Shown: positions 11,369-22,172, counted from the first letter of the stretch. The stretch: DNA of 64,000 nt from Angustibacter luteus (GCF_039541115.1 NZ_BAABFP010000002.1:124001-188000), one strand, 5' to 3'. Notes: generated by a model not told the origin, from the sequence alone. A program made the numbers and translations.

Positions 11369-12235
11369 ATGCGCACCCGACCGGCCACGCTGGACGACGT
11401 CCCGGCCCTGACTGCTCTGCAGGGTCGGTGGGACACGCACTGGTTCGGCGCTCCGGAGCACGACGAGTCCGAGCTGCGGCTGTCCTTCGACCGGGTGGAC
11501 CCGCTCGACGAGTGCAGCCGGCTGGTGCTGGACGAGGACGGCACCCCGGTGGCGGCGGCGTGGTGGTGGGGCAATGACTCGCACCTGACGGTGGATCCCG
11601 GGCTCGAGCCGGGGGCCGTGTACGCCGACCTGCTCGGCTGGCTGCGGGCCGGCGGGGCGCAGGTGGTGGAGGTGCTGTCGACCGACGACCAGCAGGAGGC
11701 CGCCCTGCAGGCCGACGGGTGGGTCTACCAGCTCTCCTCGTTCGAGCTGCTGCGCGAGGTCACCCCGGACTGGCAGCTGGCCGAACCGACCTGGCCCGAG
11801 GGGGTGCGGACCGCACCGCTGGGACCGGACGACGCCGCCGCGGCGCACGACCTCATCTACCGGCAGGCGGGGTGGGCCCAGATCCCGGGGCACGGCGAGC
11901 GGGACCTGCAGGAGTGGCTCGGGCTGTTCCTGGGCGAGGACGTGCCGCGCGACCAACAGGTCCTCGCGCTGGAGGGAGACCGGCTCGTCGGCGTCGCGCT
12001 GGGCCGGACGTTCTCGGACGGCACCGGCTGGGTGTCCCAGCTGGCCGTGCCGGCCCCGGACCGCGGCCGCGGGCTGGGACGCGCCCTGCTGCTGGAGGCG
12101 CTACGTCGCCAGGTGGACGCCGGCGCGCAGCGGCTCGGGCTCGGGGTGTCGGCGCAGAACCCCGACGCGCTGCGCCTCTACCTGGATATCGGGCTCGTGG
12201 TCGACCGGGAGTGGCGCAGCTACCGACCAGCCTGA
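11369..12235 (+). CDS. GNAT-family N-acetyltransferase (tandem GNAT-like)
   Basis: QLAVPAPDRGRGLGRALL acetyl-CoA motif, NPDALRLYLDIG. TAGGCT 7 nt upstream of the ATG. Confidence 0.85.
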   Translation: MRTRPATLDDVPALTALQGRWDTHWFGAPEHDESELRLSFDRVDPLDECSRLVLDEDGTPVAAAWWWGNDSHLTVDPGLEPGAVYADLLGWLRAGGAQVVEVLSTDDQQEAALQADGWVYQLSSFELLREVTPDWQLAEPTWPEGVRTAPLGPDDAAAAHDLIYRQAGWAQIPGHGERDLQEWLGLFLGEDVPRDQQVLALEGDRLVGVALGRTFSDGTGWVSQLAVPAPDRGRGLGRALLLEALRRQVDAGAQRLGLGVSAQNPDALRLYLDIGLVVDREWRSYRPA

Positions 12236-12249
12236 CGCTCCACCAGCAG

Positions 12250-12480
12250 TCAGTGGCTGCGGACGGTACTGACCGGGTGGACGACGAGGTGCGCCAGCCG
12301 GCTGCGCCAGCTGCGGCGGGCCGGCGAGTGGCTGACCTGCGGCACGACGGCCCGGTCGGGTGCGGCGAACGGTGAGGGCTGGGTGCGCCGGGTGGTGACG
12401 GCCGGCCGCTGGTACTGGCGCTGCGCGTCGTTCTTGAACAGCTGCTGGGCGATCACGCTGACGGGGTGCAGGGAAGCCAT
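12250..12480 (-). CDS. Hypothetical small protein
   Basis: ORF with a GGAG RBS about 9 nt upstream of ATG 12480; no recognisable domain. Confidence 0.45.
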   Translation of the reverse strand: MASLHPVSVIAQQLFKNDAQRQYQRPAVTTRRTQPSPFAAPDRAVVPQVSHSPARRSWRSRLAHLVVHPVSTVRSH

Positions 12481-12586
12481 CGGGCTCATCTCCGAGGAGC
12501 TCACGGCCCGCCGCGGGATGCGGGAGCCACTGCCCAGACAGAGCCCGGCACCCGACGTCCTGATACGGAGTCTCCCGCCCGGTGCC

Positions 12587-13498
12587 TCACCAGTGCGCGT
12601 TGCGCGGCCTCGGCTGGCAGTGCGGGCAGGAGTAGCTGGAGCGGTTCATGAAGGCGTCCCGGCGGATCGGCGTGCCGCACCGCGGGCAGGGCTCGCCGAC
12701 CTGGCCGTACGCGGCCAGCGACCGGTCGAAGTAGCCGCTCTCACCGTTGACGTTCACGTACAGCGCGTCGAACGACGTCCCGCCCTGGCCGAGCGCCTCG
12801 GCCATCACCTGCGCGGCGGCCTCGAGCACCCGGCGGGCCTCGGCCCGACGCAGGGTGCGGGTCGAGCGGGCCCCGTGCAGCTGGGCCCGCCAGAGCGCCT
12901 CGTCGGCGTAGATGTTGCCGATGCCCGAGACGAGCGTCTGGTCGAGCAGCGCCCGCTTGAGGCCGGTGTCCTTGCGCCGCAACGCCTCGACGACCGCGTC
13001 GAGGTCGTACGCCGGGTCGAGCGGGTCGCGGGCGATGTGCGCGACGGACGCCGGCACCGTCTCGTCGGCGCTCACCGACGGACCCGGCGCGACCGGCACC
13101 AGCGGCTCGAGGGCCATGCCGCCGAACGTCCGCTGGTCGACGAAGCGCAGGTCCGGGCCGCCGTCGGTGAAGGACAGCTCGACCCGCAGGTGCGGGTGCC
13201 GCGGGACGTCCGGGCTCGTGCCCGACTCGTGGACGAGCACCTGCCCGCTCATCCCCAGGTGGACGACGAGGGCCTCGTCGGGTGCCGGCTCGCCGTCCAG
13301 GTCGAACCACAGGTACTTGCCGCGGCGGCGGGCCGCCACCAGTCGCCGACCGGCCAGCCGGGACTGCAGGTCGGCCGCGCCGGGCAGGTGCCGGCGCACC
13401 GCGCGGGGGTGGTGGACGACGACCCGCTCGACCGTGCGTCCGACGGCGTGCCGCTCGACGCCGCGCCGGACGACCTCGACCTCGGGGAGCTCAGGCAC
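12587..13498 (-). CDS. mutM: Formamidopyrimidine-DNA glycosylase
   Basis: PELPEVE N-terminus, [16 protein letters not shown]-terminal CPRC...CPHCQ zinc finger. Confidence 0.97.
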   Translation of the reverse strand: MPELPEVEVVRRGVERHAVGRTVERVVVHHPRAVRRHLPGAADLQSRLAGRRLVAARRRGKYLWFDLDGEPAPDEALVVHLGMSGQVLVHESGTSPDVPRHPHLRVELSFTDGGPDLRFVDQRTFGGMALEPLVPVAPGPSVSADETVPASVAHIARDPLDPAYDLDAVVEALRRKDTGLKRALLDQTLVSGIGNIYADEALWRAQLHGARSTRTLRRAEARRVLEAAAQVMAEALGQGGTSFDALYVNVNGESGYFDRSLAAYGQVGEPCPRCGTPIRRDAFMNRSSYSCPHCQPRPRNAHW

Positions 13499-14198
13499 CC
13501 GCGTCCGGGTGCCGCTCGTGCAGCGTGCTCCAGGCCGTAGCGGCCGCCTGCTGCTCGGCCTCCTTCTTGCTGCGCCCGGTGCCGTCGCCGAGCACCTCAC
13601 CAGCCACCCGGGCCTGGGCCGTGAAGGTCTTCGCGTGGTCGGGGCCCTCTTCGGCGATGACGTACTCGGGCACGCCGAGGCCGGCGCTGGACGTCATCTC
13701 CTGCAGGCTGGTCTTCCAGTCCAGGCCCGCGCCCAGCTGGGCGGCCTGCTCGAGCAGCGGGTCGATCAACCGGTGGACCAGCGCGGCTGCCGCCGCCATC
13801 CCGCCGTCCAGGTAGACCGCGCCGAGCACGGCCTCGACGGTGTCGGCCAGGATCGAGGCCTTGTCCCGGCCGCCCGTGCTCTCCTCGCCGCGCCCCAGGT
13901 GCACGTACTGGCCGAGGCCGAGCGTGCGCCCGACACCGGCCAGCGCGCGCATGTTGACCACCGAGGCGCGCAGCTTCGCGAGCTGCCCCTCGGGCAGGTC
14001 GGGGTGCGTGCGGTAGAGCGTGTCCGTGACCACCAGGCCGAGCACCGAGTCCCCGAGGAACTCCAGGCGCTCGTTGGTGGGCAGCCCGCCGTTCTCGTAG
14101 GCGAAGCTGCGGTGGGTCAGCGCCCGCTCGAGCAAACCGGCATCGACCTGCAGACCAAGAACGGTCTGCAGGTCGGCGGCGTCAGCAGGGCGGGCCAC
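13491..14198 (-). CDS. rnc: Ribonuclease III
   Basis: [12 protein letters not shown] signature and C-terminal dsRBD ([17 protein letters not shown]). Confidence 0.97.
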   Translation of the reverse strand: MARPADAADLQTVLGLQVDAGLLERALTHRSFAYENGGLPTNERLEFLGDSVLGLVVTDTLYRTHPDLPEGQLAKLRASVVNMRALAGVGRTLGLGQYVHLGRGEESTGGRDKASILADTVEAVLGAVYLDGGMAAAAALVHRLIDPLLEQAAQLGAGLDWKTSLQEMTSSAGLGVPEYVIAEEGPDHAKTFTAQARVAGEVLGDGTGRSKKEAEQQAAATAWSTLHERHPDAGA

Positions 14199-14211
14199 CC
14201 GGGGGTGGTGA

Positions 14212-14406
14212 TCAGCCCTGGTGCTCGGTGCGCTCGGCAGCGGCGTAGTGCCGGCCGGCGTAGGTGCCACAGCTCGGGCAGGCCACGTGCGGCTGCTTCG
14301 GCTCACGGCACTGCGGGCACGCGGACAGCGTGACCGCGGACGTCTTCCAGTTCGCCCGGCGGGACCGGGTGTTGGATCGCGACGTCTTCCGCTTCGGGAC
14401 AGCCAC
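14212..14406 (-). CDS. rpmF: 50S ribosomal protein L32 (Zn-binding form)
   Basis: [26 protein letters not shown]. Confidence 0.97.
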   Translation of the reverse strand: MAVPKRKTSRSNTRSRRANWKTSAVTLSACPQCREPKQPHVACPSCGTYAGRHYAAAERTEHQG

Positions 14407-14407
14407 G

Positions 14408-14950
14408 TCAGTTCTCTTCCTCGTCGTCGGTCGGCTCGCCCGCGGTCGGGGCCAGCCCTTGCAACGCGGCCCACCGGGGGTCGACCACGTCGTGGTGGTG
14501 GTTCGGGTCGTCCGCCAGGCGCGCTCCGCACTCGGAGCACAGTCCCGGACAGTCGGCCCGACACACCGGTTGGAACGGCAGCGCAGGCACCACAGCGTCC
14601 CTGAGCACGGGCTCGAAGTCGATCAGATCGCCTTCCAGCTCGCGCACGTCGTCCTCATCGACATCCTCCGGAGGCTGCTTGCCCGGGTAGGCGAACAGCT
14701 CCGTCACCGGGACCTCGAGCTCCTGCTCGAGGTCGGTGAGGCACCGAATGCACTCCCCGGTCGCGCTGCCGCGGACCGTGCCGGTCACGAGGACCCCCTC
14801 CATCACCGACTCCAGCCGCAGGTCCAGCCACAGGGGCGCACCTTCGGTGAAACCGATGACGTCGGTGCCCATCTCTGCCGGAGCCGGCACCTCACGGGAG
14901 TTCGTGATCATCGATCCCGGGCGTCGACCGAGCTCATGGACGTCGAGCAC
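14408..14950 (-). CDS. yceD: YceD/DUF177 protein (start uncertain)
   Basis: ECIRCL and [15 protein letters not shown]...DPRWAAL motifs; upstream of rpmF. Confidence 0.9.
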   Translation of the reverse strand: MLDVHELGRRPGSMITNSREVPAPAEMGTDVIGFTEGAPLWLDLRLESVMEGVLVTGTVRGSATGECIRCLTDLEQELEVPVTELFAYPGKQPPEDVDEDDVRELEGDLIDFEPVLRDAVVPALPFQPVCRADCPGLCSECGARLADDPNHHHDVVDPRWAALQGLAPTAGEPTDDEEEN

Positions 14951-15044
14951 GAGTGGCGCACGGGGATCGAGGGAAATCGCGAGCTCCAGGAAGATGTCAG
15001 TTCCGGCCGGTCAGGGCCGACGTACCAGGCTACCGGACGAGCGC

Positions 15045-15701
15045 TCAGCGGCCCAACTCGTCGCGTCCGCCGCTCAGCAGGTCCTGGTCCGGCTCGGGCC
15101 ACGCCGCCGGCCCGTCGCCCATGCCATCGCCCCTGCCGTCGCCCCTGCGCTGGTCCCGGTGGTCGTCCGTGCGCTCGTCCGCGCCGTCGTCCGTGGGGTC
15201 CTGCTGCACGCTGGCCAGGTCGGCGTCCGCGGTGAGCCCGTGCGCCCGGTCGGCGGCCACCCGCTCGGACAGGTGCTGGCGCCCCCGCTGGACCTGCTGC
15301 ACGAGCTTGTCCAGGGTCACCTCGAACTCGCCGAGCTTGCGGTCCACGTAGTCGTCGGCCTCGGTGAGCAGCCGGGTCGCCTCGGCCTGGGCCTGGGTCT
15401 GGACCTGGGCGGCGCGGGCTCGGGCGGCCGTGACGACCTCGGTCTCCTCGACCAGCCGGTCGTGCTCCTCCTGGGCGCGGGCCAGCAGCTGCTCTGCCTC
15501 CTCGCGGCCCTGGTTGACGACCGCATCGCGGTCGGACAGCAGCAGGTCCGCGTGGTGCAGCTCCTCGGGCAGCAGCTCGCGCAGGTCGTCCAGCAGGGCG
15601 AGCAGCTCGGCGCGGTTGACCAGGGCGGACGCCGACATCGGCATCGCCCGCGCCTCCTCGACGTACTGGGTCACCTCGTCGAGCTTGCCGTGAACGTCCA
15701 C
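15045..15701 (-). CDS. SepIVA-like coiled-coil protein
   Basis: VEEARAMPMSASALVNRAELL...EADDYVDRKLGEFE; conserved position between coaD and yceD. Confidence 0.75.
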   Translation of the reverse strand: MDVHGKLDEVTQYVEEARAMPMSASALVNRAELLALLDDLRELLPEELHHADLLLSDRDAVVNQGREEAEQLLARAQEEHDRLVEETEVVTAARARAAQVQTQAQAEATRLLTEADDYVDRKLGEFEVTLDKLVQQVQRGRQHLSERVAADRAHGLTADADLASVQQDPTDDGADERTDDHRDQRRGDGRGDGMGDGPAAWPEPDQDLLSGGRDELGR

Positions 15702-15717
15702 TGCCACTTCCTCTCGC

Positions 15718-16239
15718 TCAGCGTTGGGCCTCGCGCCGGGCCACCAGAGCGTCACGGACGACGTCGGGCACCAGTCCGGACACGTCGCCACCGTAAGCGC
15801 TGACCTGGCGAACCAGCGTGCTCGACACGTGCTGCCAGCGCGGATCCGCCATGACGAACACGGTCTCCAGCCCGCTCAGGTGCCGGTTCATCAGCGCCAT
15901 CGGCCGCTCGTACTCCAGGTCCGCGCCGCTGCGCAGGCCCTTCACGACGTGCGCCGCCCCGAGGTCGCGGCAGACGTCCACCAGCAGCCGGCCCCCGAAC
16001 GCCTGCACGGACACCCCAGGCGCGTCGCCCAGGCTCGCGCGAAGCAGCTCCAGGCGGTGCTCGACCTCGAATGCGCCGCCCTTGTCCGGGTTGTGCAGGA
16101 CGGCGACCACCACCTCGTCGAACAGTGCGGCCGCGCGCGCGACGACGTCCAGGTGACCGTTGGTGACCGGGTCGTAGGACCCCGGGACGACGCAGCGACG
16201 CCCGGTGGGGGCGCTCGGCGCGCTCAGGTCTGGCTGCAC
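15718..16239 (-). CDS. coaD: Phosphopantetheine adenylyltransferase
   Basis: PGSYDPVTNGHLDV, VKGLRS, VSSTLVRQV. Confidence 0.95.
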   Translation of the reverse strand: MQPDLSAPSAPTGRRCVVPGSYDPVTNGHLDVVARAAALFDEVVVAVLHNPDKGGAFEVEHRLELLRASLGDAPGVSVQAFGGRLLVDVCRDLGAAHVVKGLRSGADLEYERPMALMNRHLSGLETVFVMADPRWQHVSSTLVRQVSAYGGDVSGLVPDVVRDALVARREAQR

Positions 16240-16248
16240 GCGCCGAAC

Positions 16249-16815
16249 CTACCGCGCAGGACGGCCCGGGTCGGCGAACCAGAGCCGCGTCTCGCCGTAG
16301 CTGCGCTCGTCGCTGAGCACCAGCCCGGTCGGCCAGGCCGGCTCGGGGCTGCGCGCGGACCGCTCGACCACGACCACCGCCGCCTCGGCCAACCACCCGT
16401 TCGTCACGAGCAACCCGAGCACCGCGGCCAGGTCGTCCTCGCCCAGCGGGTAGGGCGGGTCGGCCAGCACCAGGTCGACCGGCGAGCCCGGCCGGGCGAG
16501 CACCCGGGCCACCGGTGCGGCCAGCACGCTGGCGCCGTTCAGCCCGAGTGTCTCGGCGTTGCGCCGGACCAGGGCCGCCGTCGCTCGGTCGCTCTCCACC
16601 AGCACCGCGCTGGCGGCCCCGCGACTGAGCGCCTCCAGGCCGAGCGCGCCCGAGCCCGCGTACAGGTCGAGCACCGCGGCGCCGCCCAGCACGCGGTGGT
16701 GCTCGAGCCGGCTGAACAGCGCCTCGCGGACCCGGTCGCTGGTCGGCCGGGTGTCCCGGCCGGCGGGCACCTGCAGCCGCCGCCCGCGGGCCACCCCGGC
16801 GATGATGCGCGTCAT
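16249..16815 (-). CDS. rsmD: 16S rRNA (guanine966-N2)-methyltransferase
   Basis: RPTSDRVREALF, LDLYAGSGALGLEA, DPPY. Confidence 0.95.
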   Translation of the reverse strand: MTRIIAGVARGRRLQVPAGRDTRPTSDRVREALFSRLEHHRVLGGAAVLDLYAGSGALGLEALSRGAASAVLVESDRATAALVRRNAETLGLNGASVLAAPVARVLARPGSPVDLVLADPPYPLGEDDLAAVLGLLVTNGWLAEAAVVVVERSARSPEPAWPTGLVLSDERSYGETRLWFADPGRPAR

Positions 16816-19004
16816 CAGCCGCGCTCCAGGTAGTCCTCGCGGTCGCCGCCGACGAGGTCGTCGATGGCCGCCGCCAGGGCCGGGTGCTCGGACAGGTCGG
16901 GATCGGCGTCCACGACCTGCTGAGCGTCCTCGCGGGCCATCACGATGACGTCCTCGTCGCGCAGCACCCGCAGCAGCCGCAGCGACGACCGGAAGCCGGA
17001 CTGCGCCGCGCCGAGCACGTCACCCTCGCGGCGCTGCTCGAGGTCGACGCGGGACAGCGCGAACCCGTCGGTCGTCGCCGCGACGGCGTCCAACCGCTCG
17101 CGCGCCGGGGAGTCCGCGGGCGCCTCGGTGACCAGCAGCGCCAGGCCGGGCGCCGACCCGCGGCCGATCCGGCCGCGCAGCTGGTGCAGCTGGGAGATGC
17201 CGAACCGGTCGGCGTCCAGCACCACCATCGCGGTCGCGTTCGGGACGTCGACCCCGACCTCGATCACGGTCGTGGCCACCAGCACGTCGACCTGGCCGGC
17301 CGCGAACGCCGCCATGGTCGCCTCGCGCTCCTCGACGGGAAGCCGTCCGTGCAGCAGCTCGACCCGCAGCCCGGCCAACGCGGGCTCGGCGCGCAGCGAC
17401 TCGATCACGTCGAGCACGGCCAGCGGCGGGCGGCGCGGCGCCGGCTCGTCCTCGCCGCCGACCGGCGCCAGGTCGTCGTCGGTCTCGCCGCCGCCGATCC
17501 GCGGGCACACCACGAACGCCTGGTGGCCGCCGGACACCTCCTCGCGGACCCGCTGCCAGGTGCGCGCCATCCAGGTCGGGTGGTCCCCCGGCACGACGTG
17601 CGTGGTGACCGGCGAACGACCGGGGGGCAGCTCGTCCAGGGTGGAGGTCTCCAGGTCGCCGAACACGGTCATCGCCACCGTGCGCGGGATCGGTGTGGCC
17701 GTCATGACCAGCAGGTGCGGCGGCGTGGAGCCCTTGGCGCGCAACGCATCCCGCTGCTCGACCCCGAACCGGTGCTGCTCGTCGACGACGACGAGACCGA
17801 GGTCGGCGAACTGCACGTGCTGCTGCAGGAGGGCGTGTGTTCCGACCACGATGCCCGCCTCGCCGCTGGCCGCCTCGAGCAGCATCCGGCGGCGCACCTG
17901 GGTGCTCTGCGACCCGGTCAGCAGGGCGACCCGGGTCGACACGTCGGCGCCGCCGAGCATGCCCGCCTCCGCGAGGTCGCCCAGCATCGTGGTGATCGAT
18001 CGGTGGTGCTGGACGGCCAGCACCTCGGTCGGCGCGAGGAGCGCCGCCTGCCCGCCGGAGTCGACGACCGTGAGCATGGCCCGCAGCGCCACCAGCGTCT
18101 TGCCGGAGCCCACCTCCCCCTGCAGCAACCGGTGCATCGGCGCCGAGCCGGCGAGGTCGGCGGCCACCTGCTCCCCCACCCGCTGCTGACCGGCCGTCAG
18201 GCTGAACGGCAGGCGGGCGTCGAAGGTGGACAGCAGGCCATCGGCCCGCGGCAGCCGCGGCGTGGTCGCCAGCTCCGCGAGCGCCGCCCGCCGGCGCAGG
18301 AGCGCAGCCTGCAGGACGAAGGCCTCCTCGAACGTCAGCCGGGCGCGCGCCGTCATGGCTTCGGACAGGGTCGCTGGGTCGTGCACCGACCGCACGGCCT
18401 CGTCGATGCCGATCAGCTCGCGGCGCTCGCGCACCTCCGGCGGCAGCGGCTCCGGCAACGGCGGCAGCACGGCCACGATCGGCGCGATCGCGTTGCGCAC
18501 CTGCCAGGACTGGATGCCCGCGCCCGCGGGGTAGATCGGGATCGGCTTCTCGGCGAGCGCCGCCGCGGCGTCCTCGTCGGCGTCCGGGAGGACGTCGTAC
18601 ACGGGGTGGGCGAGCTGACGGTGCCCCGAGTAGAGCCCGACCTTGCCGCTGAACAGCCCGACGGTGCCGACTGCGAGCTCGCGCTCGTACTTCTGCGCTG
18701 ACCACTGCTTGGCAGCGAAGAACACCAGGTCGAGCGTGCCCCGGCCGTCTCCGATGCGGACCTGCACCCGGGCTCCGGTGCGGTTGCGCATGGAGTGCAC
18801 CGTGACCTCGGTCACCTGGGCCAGCACGGTGACGTGCTCGTCCAGCGCGAGGCTGGACAGGTCGGTCAGCTCGCCGCGCTCGAGGTAGCGCCGCGGGTAG
18901 TGCCGCAGCAGCTGGCCGACCGTGCGGATGCCGAACTGCTTCTCCAGCGCGGCCGCCGCCTTGGCGCCCACCCGGCGCCCCACCGGGACGTCGAGCTCGT
19001 TCAC
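16815..19004 (-). CDS. recG: ATP-dependent DNA helicase RecG
   Basis: LLQGEVGSGKT, DEQHRFG, MTATPIPRT, QLHQLRGRIGRG. GTG start overlaps the DAK2 stop. Confidence 0.97.
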   Translation of the reverse strand: MNELDVPVGRRVGAKAAAALEKQFGIRTVGQLLRHYPRRYLERGELTDLSSLALDEHVTVLAQVTEVTVHSMRNRTGARVQVRIGDGRGTLDLVFFAAKQWSAQKYERELAVGTVGLFSGKVGLYSGHRQLAHPVYDVLPDADEDAAAALAEKPIPIYPAGAGIQSWQVRNAIAPIVAVLPPLPEPLPPEVRERRELIGIDEAVRSVHDPATLSEAMTARARLTFEEAFVLQAALLRRRAALAELATTPRLPRADGLLSTFDARLPFSLTAGQQRVGEQVAADLAGSAPMHRLLQGEVGSGKTLVALRAMLTVVDSGGQAALLAPTEVLAVQHHRSITTMLGDLAEAGMLGGADVSTRVALLTGSQSTQVRRRMLLEAASGEAGIVVGTHALLQQHVQFADLGLVVVDEQHRFGVEQRDALRAKGSTPPHLLVMTATPIPRTVAMTVFGDLETSTLDELPPGRSPVTTHVVPGDHPTWMARTWQRVREEVSGGHQAFVVCPRIGGGETDDDLAPVGGEDEPAPRRPPLAVLDVIESLRAEPALAGLRVELLHGRLPVEEREATMAAFAAGQVDVLVATTVIEVGVDVPNATAMVVLDADRFGISQLHQLRGRIGRGSAPGLALLVTEAPADSPARERLDAVAATTDGFALSRVDLEQRREGDVLGAAQSGFRSSLRLLRVLRDEDVIVMAREDAQQVVDADPDLSEHPALAAAIDDLVGGDREDYLERG

Positions 19005-20605
19005 TCGAGCCCCAGCAGGAGCGGATAGCCCTGCTGCCCGCCGTCCACCACGCTGACCTCGATGTCGCGGCGGGTGGCCCGGACCTCGTCGACGACCGCC
19101 TGCGCGAGGCGGCTGGACGTCGGGTCGTTCCCGGTCACGACGGTCAGCAGCTCGCCGCCCGCGGACAGCAGCCGGGACAGCACCGCCCGGGCCACCTGGG
19201 CCAGGTCGGCGCCGACCTCGACGACGTCGCCGTCCACCAGCCCGAGCCCGTCGCCGACCCGGCACCAGCCGGCCGACGTCAGGGCGTCGCGGGTCGCGAC
19301 CGTCACGCCGCCGTGCCTCGTCGCGGCCGCCGCGGCGGCCATCCGCACCAGGTCCTCGCCGGCAGAACCGCTCGGGTCGTGCACGGCGATCGCGGCCAGC
19401 CCCTGCACCGCGGCGCGGGTGGGCAGCACCGCCACCTGCACGCCCTCATCCCGGGCCGCGGAGGCCGCCGCGTTCGCGGCGGCCAGGGTGTCGGGGTCGT
19501 TGGGCAGCAGCACGACCGAGGGGGCACCGGCAGCCCGGACGGCGTCGAGCAGCTCGGCCGTCGAGGCGCGCCGGCCCGGTCCGCTGTGCACGACGGTGGC
19601 GCCGCACTCCTCGAACAGCCGGGCCAGCCCTGGCCCGGCCGCGCCGGCCACCACGGCGAGCCCTGCGCTCGCGCCGGTCGCGAGCGCGCGTCGCTCCCGC
19701 TGGGCGGCGAAGGTGGTGACCCGGATGCGGTGCGGTCGTCCGGCGGCCATCCCGGCCTCGATCGCCGCTCCGACGTCGTCGGTGTGCACGTGGACGTTCC
19801 ACAGCCCGGCGCCGCCGACGACGACCACGGCGTCGCCGAGCCCGTCGAGTGCGGCGCGAAGTGCGGGGACGGCCTCGTGCTCGGCGTCCAGCAGGTACAT
19901 CACCTCGTGCGCGGGTCCGCCGGCCTCGAGGTCGCCGCAGCTCTCGGCGGCGCTGCGCCCGCCGGTCGGTCGTGGGCGCTGGCGCACCATCCGACGCCCG
20001 GACAGCGTGCCGGCGAGCGCCTCGAGCAGCACCACGACACCCAGCGCGCCGGCGTCCACGACACCGGCGCGGCTGAGCGGCTCGAGCTGCTCGGTGGTGG
20101 CGGCCAGGGCGGCGCGGGCCGCACTGAGCGCGTGCTCGACGGCGCCCGCCGGATCCGCGTCCGGGTAGTCCTGGGCGGCGTCGCTGGCGGCCCGCACGAC
20201 GGTGAGCATGGTCCCCTCGACCGGGCGCCCGACGGCGGCGTACGCCTGGTCGGTGGCCCGTCCCATCGCGGCTCGAACGGTGTCGGCGCCGCCGTCCGGG
20301 CGCTCGGTCAGCACGTCCGCCCAGCCCCGCAGCAGCTGGCTGAGGATGACGCCGGAGTTGCCGCGCGCACCGAGCAGGGCGCCGCGGGCGAAGGCGTCGG
20401 CGACCGCGGCCAGGTCCGCGCCGTCCGGGAGCTCCTCGACCGCGGCCACGGCGGCCTCGACGGTCAGGTACATGTTGGTGCCGGTGTCGCCGTCCGGGAC
20501 CGGGAAGACGTTCAACCCGTCGATCTCGTCCCGGCGGTCCCCGAGGTGCTCCAGCGCGACGATCCCCCAGCGTCGGGCCGCGCGGGCGTCCAGGTGGTCG
20601 AGCAC
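19001..20605 (-). CDS. DAK2-domain protein (FakA/YloV family)
   Basis: LNVFPVPDGDTGTNM, GARGNSGVILSQ, VDAGA, GGQQGYPLLLGLE. Confidence 0.92.
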   Translation of the reverse strand: MLDHLDARAARRWGIVALEHLGDRRDEIDGLNVFPVPDGDTGTNMYLTVEAAVAAVEELPDGADLAAVADAFARGALLGARGNSGVILSQLLRGWADVLTERPDGGADTVRAAMGRATDQAYAAVGRPVEGTMLTVVRAASDAAQDYPDADPAGAVEHALSAARAALAATTEQLEPLSRAGVVDAGALGVVVLLEALAGTLSGRRMVRQRPRPTGGRSAAESCGDLEAGGPAHEVMYLLDAEHEAVPALRAALDGLGDAVVVVGGAGLWNVHVHTDDVGAAIEAGMAAGRPHRIRVTTFAAQRERRALATGASAGLAVVAGAAGPGLARLFEECGATVVHSGPGRRASTAELLDAVRAAGAPSVVLLPNDPDTLAAANAAASAARDEGVQVAVLPTRAAVQGLAAIAVHDPSGSAGEDLVRMAAAAAATRHGGVTVATRDALTSAGWCRVGDGLGLVDGDVVEVGADLAQVARAVLSRLLSAGGELLTVVTGNDPTSSRLAQAVVDEVRATRRDIEVSVVDGGQQGYPLLLGLE

Positions 20606-20786
20606 GGTGGAAGGCTAGCCTGCCGCCTGCCCGGCACCGCCGGTTTGGGCTAGTGGCCCGCTGTCGGATACGCTGTATCGGCTGCCCGAAGGCTCGGGCA
20701 CTTTCGCGCGTCCCGCTCGCACATCACGTGCGTTCCTGCGGCTGGCGCGCGGACCACCGACAGAACCAGTGATCAGGAGAACACCC

Positions 20787-20981
20787 GTGGCTGCCAACTG
20801 CGACGTCTGCGGCAAGGGGCCGGGTTTCGGTCATTCCATCTCGCACTCGCACCGTCGGACCAAGCGTCGCTGGAACCCGAACATCCAGCGCGTGCGCGCC
20901 AAGGTCGGCGCGGCCGGTGTGACGCCGAAGCGTCTGAACGTGTGCACGTCCTGCCTGAAGGCGGGCAAGGTCACTCGCTGA
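20787..20981 (+). CDS. rpmB: 50S ribosomal protein L28
   Basis: [33 protein letters not shown]...CTSCLK; RBS AGGAG. Confidence 0.97.
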   Translation: MAANCDVCGKGPGFGHSISHSHRRTKRRWNPNIQRVRAKVGAAGVTPKRLNVCTSCLKAGKVTR

Positions 20982-21000
20982 CCTGCTGAGCTCGTACGGC

Positions 21001-21035
21001 CGAGGGCCGGTCCCCGCATCGGGGGCCGGCCCTCG
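21001..21035 (+). terminator. Putative terminator hairpin after rpmB
   Basis: CGAGGGCCGGTCCCC...GGGGCCGGCCCTCG inverted repeat. Confidence 0.65.
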
Positions 21036-21053
21036 ACCTGTTTGCCCCACCAC

Positions 21054-21166
21054 CCGCCGTGATCATGCACGTTCGCCCCACCGGGCGGCCCACCCCTCCG
21101 CCGTGATCATGCACGTTCGCCCCGGCCCGCAGCACCCGGGTGGGCGAACGTGCATGATCACGGCGG
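21054..21166. repeat. REP-like cluster: two direct copies and one inverted copy of a 25-26 bp unit
   Basis: CCGCCGTGATCATGCACGTTCGCCCC at 21054 and 21098; reverse complement at 21142-21166. Confidence 0.85.
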
Positions 21167-21179
21167 GGGTGGGGTGGGG

Positions 21180-22172
21180 TCAGGGGCGGAAGTGGTCCCA
21201 GCCGAGGGTGTCGAGCGGCTCGCCGTCCAGCAGGACGTCCGGTCGCCCGATGACCCGCGGCAGCACCTCGCCGACCGGCACGAAACCGACCGGGGGCTCG
21301 ACGCCAGGGGGGAAGGTCGCCGCGAGCGCGTGGTCCTCGCCCCCGCCGAGCACCCAGCGCATCGCATCCGTCTCCGGTCGCCCGAGCGCGGTGTTGGCCG
21401 GCCACAGGGGGCGGGCGAAGGCGTCCGCCGCCAGGTTCCAGTCCAGGTCGATGGTGACACCGCTCGCCCGGGCCACCCGGCCCAGGTCGCGCACGAGCCC
21501 ATCACTGACGTCGAGCATGGACGTCGCCCCCGCGACGGCCGCTGCCACCCCGGCGGCGTAGGGCGGGGTCGGGCGTCGGTGCGCCGCCACGAGCTCGGGG
21601 GCCACGTCGCCGCGCCCGAGCTCGAGCAGCTCCCAGCCGGCGCCGGACCGGCCGAGGGCCCCGGCGACGGCCACCACGTCCCCCGGGCGCGCACCGGACC
21701 GCAGCACCGGGGCACGGCCCTGCAGGTCGCCCAGGGCGGTCACCGACACCACGATCACCGGTCCGGAGGACAGGTCGCCGCCCACCACCCCCGCGCCCGT
21801 CCCGGCGCAGGCAGCGGCCAGCCCGTCGGCCAGCCCCAGCGCCCAGGCCACCTCGAGCTCCGGCGGCGCGACCAACCCGACCAGCAGCGCGGTCGGCACC
21901 GCCCCCATCGCGGCGACGTCCGCCAAGTTCTGGGCGGCCGCCTTCCAGCCGACGTCTGGTGCGCTGGACCAGTCCCGGCGGAAGTCCCGGCCCTCGACCA
22001 GCACGTCGGTCGTGGCCACCACCCGCCCATCCGGCGCGGCCACCACCGCGGTGTCGTCGCCGGGCCCGAGCAGGGTGGCGGCGGCGACCGGCAGGCGCGG
22101 GAAGATCAGCCGCAGCAGGCCGTCCTCCCCCACGTCGGAAAGACGGGACGGGCCCGAATCGTCAACTGGCAC
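21180..22172 (-). CDS. thiL: Thiamine-monophosphate kinase
   Basis: GPGDDTAV, QNLADVAAMGA, VVGGDL, DVSDGL, GGEDHAL. Confidence 0.95.
   Translation of the reverse strand: MPVDDSGPSRLSDVGEDGLLRLIFPRLPVAAATLLGPGDDTAVVAAPDGRVVATTDVLVEGRDFRRDWSSAPDVGWKAAAQNLADVAAMGAVPTALLVGLVAPPELEVAWALGLADGLAAACAGTGAGVVGGDLSSGPVIVVSVTALGDLQGRAPVLRSGARPGDVVAVAGALGRSGAGWELLELGRGDVAPELVAAHRRPTPPYAAGVAAAVAGATSMLDVSDGLVRDLGRVARASGVTIDLDWNLAADAFARPLWPANTALGRPETDAMRWVLGGGEDHALAATFPPGVEPPVGFVPVGEVLPRVIGRPDVLLDGEPLDTLGWDHFRP

Noticed and set aside
21054..21166. Possible mini CRISPR array
   Set aside because: Only two direct copies with an 18-bp gap, a third copy inverted, and no cas genes.
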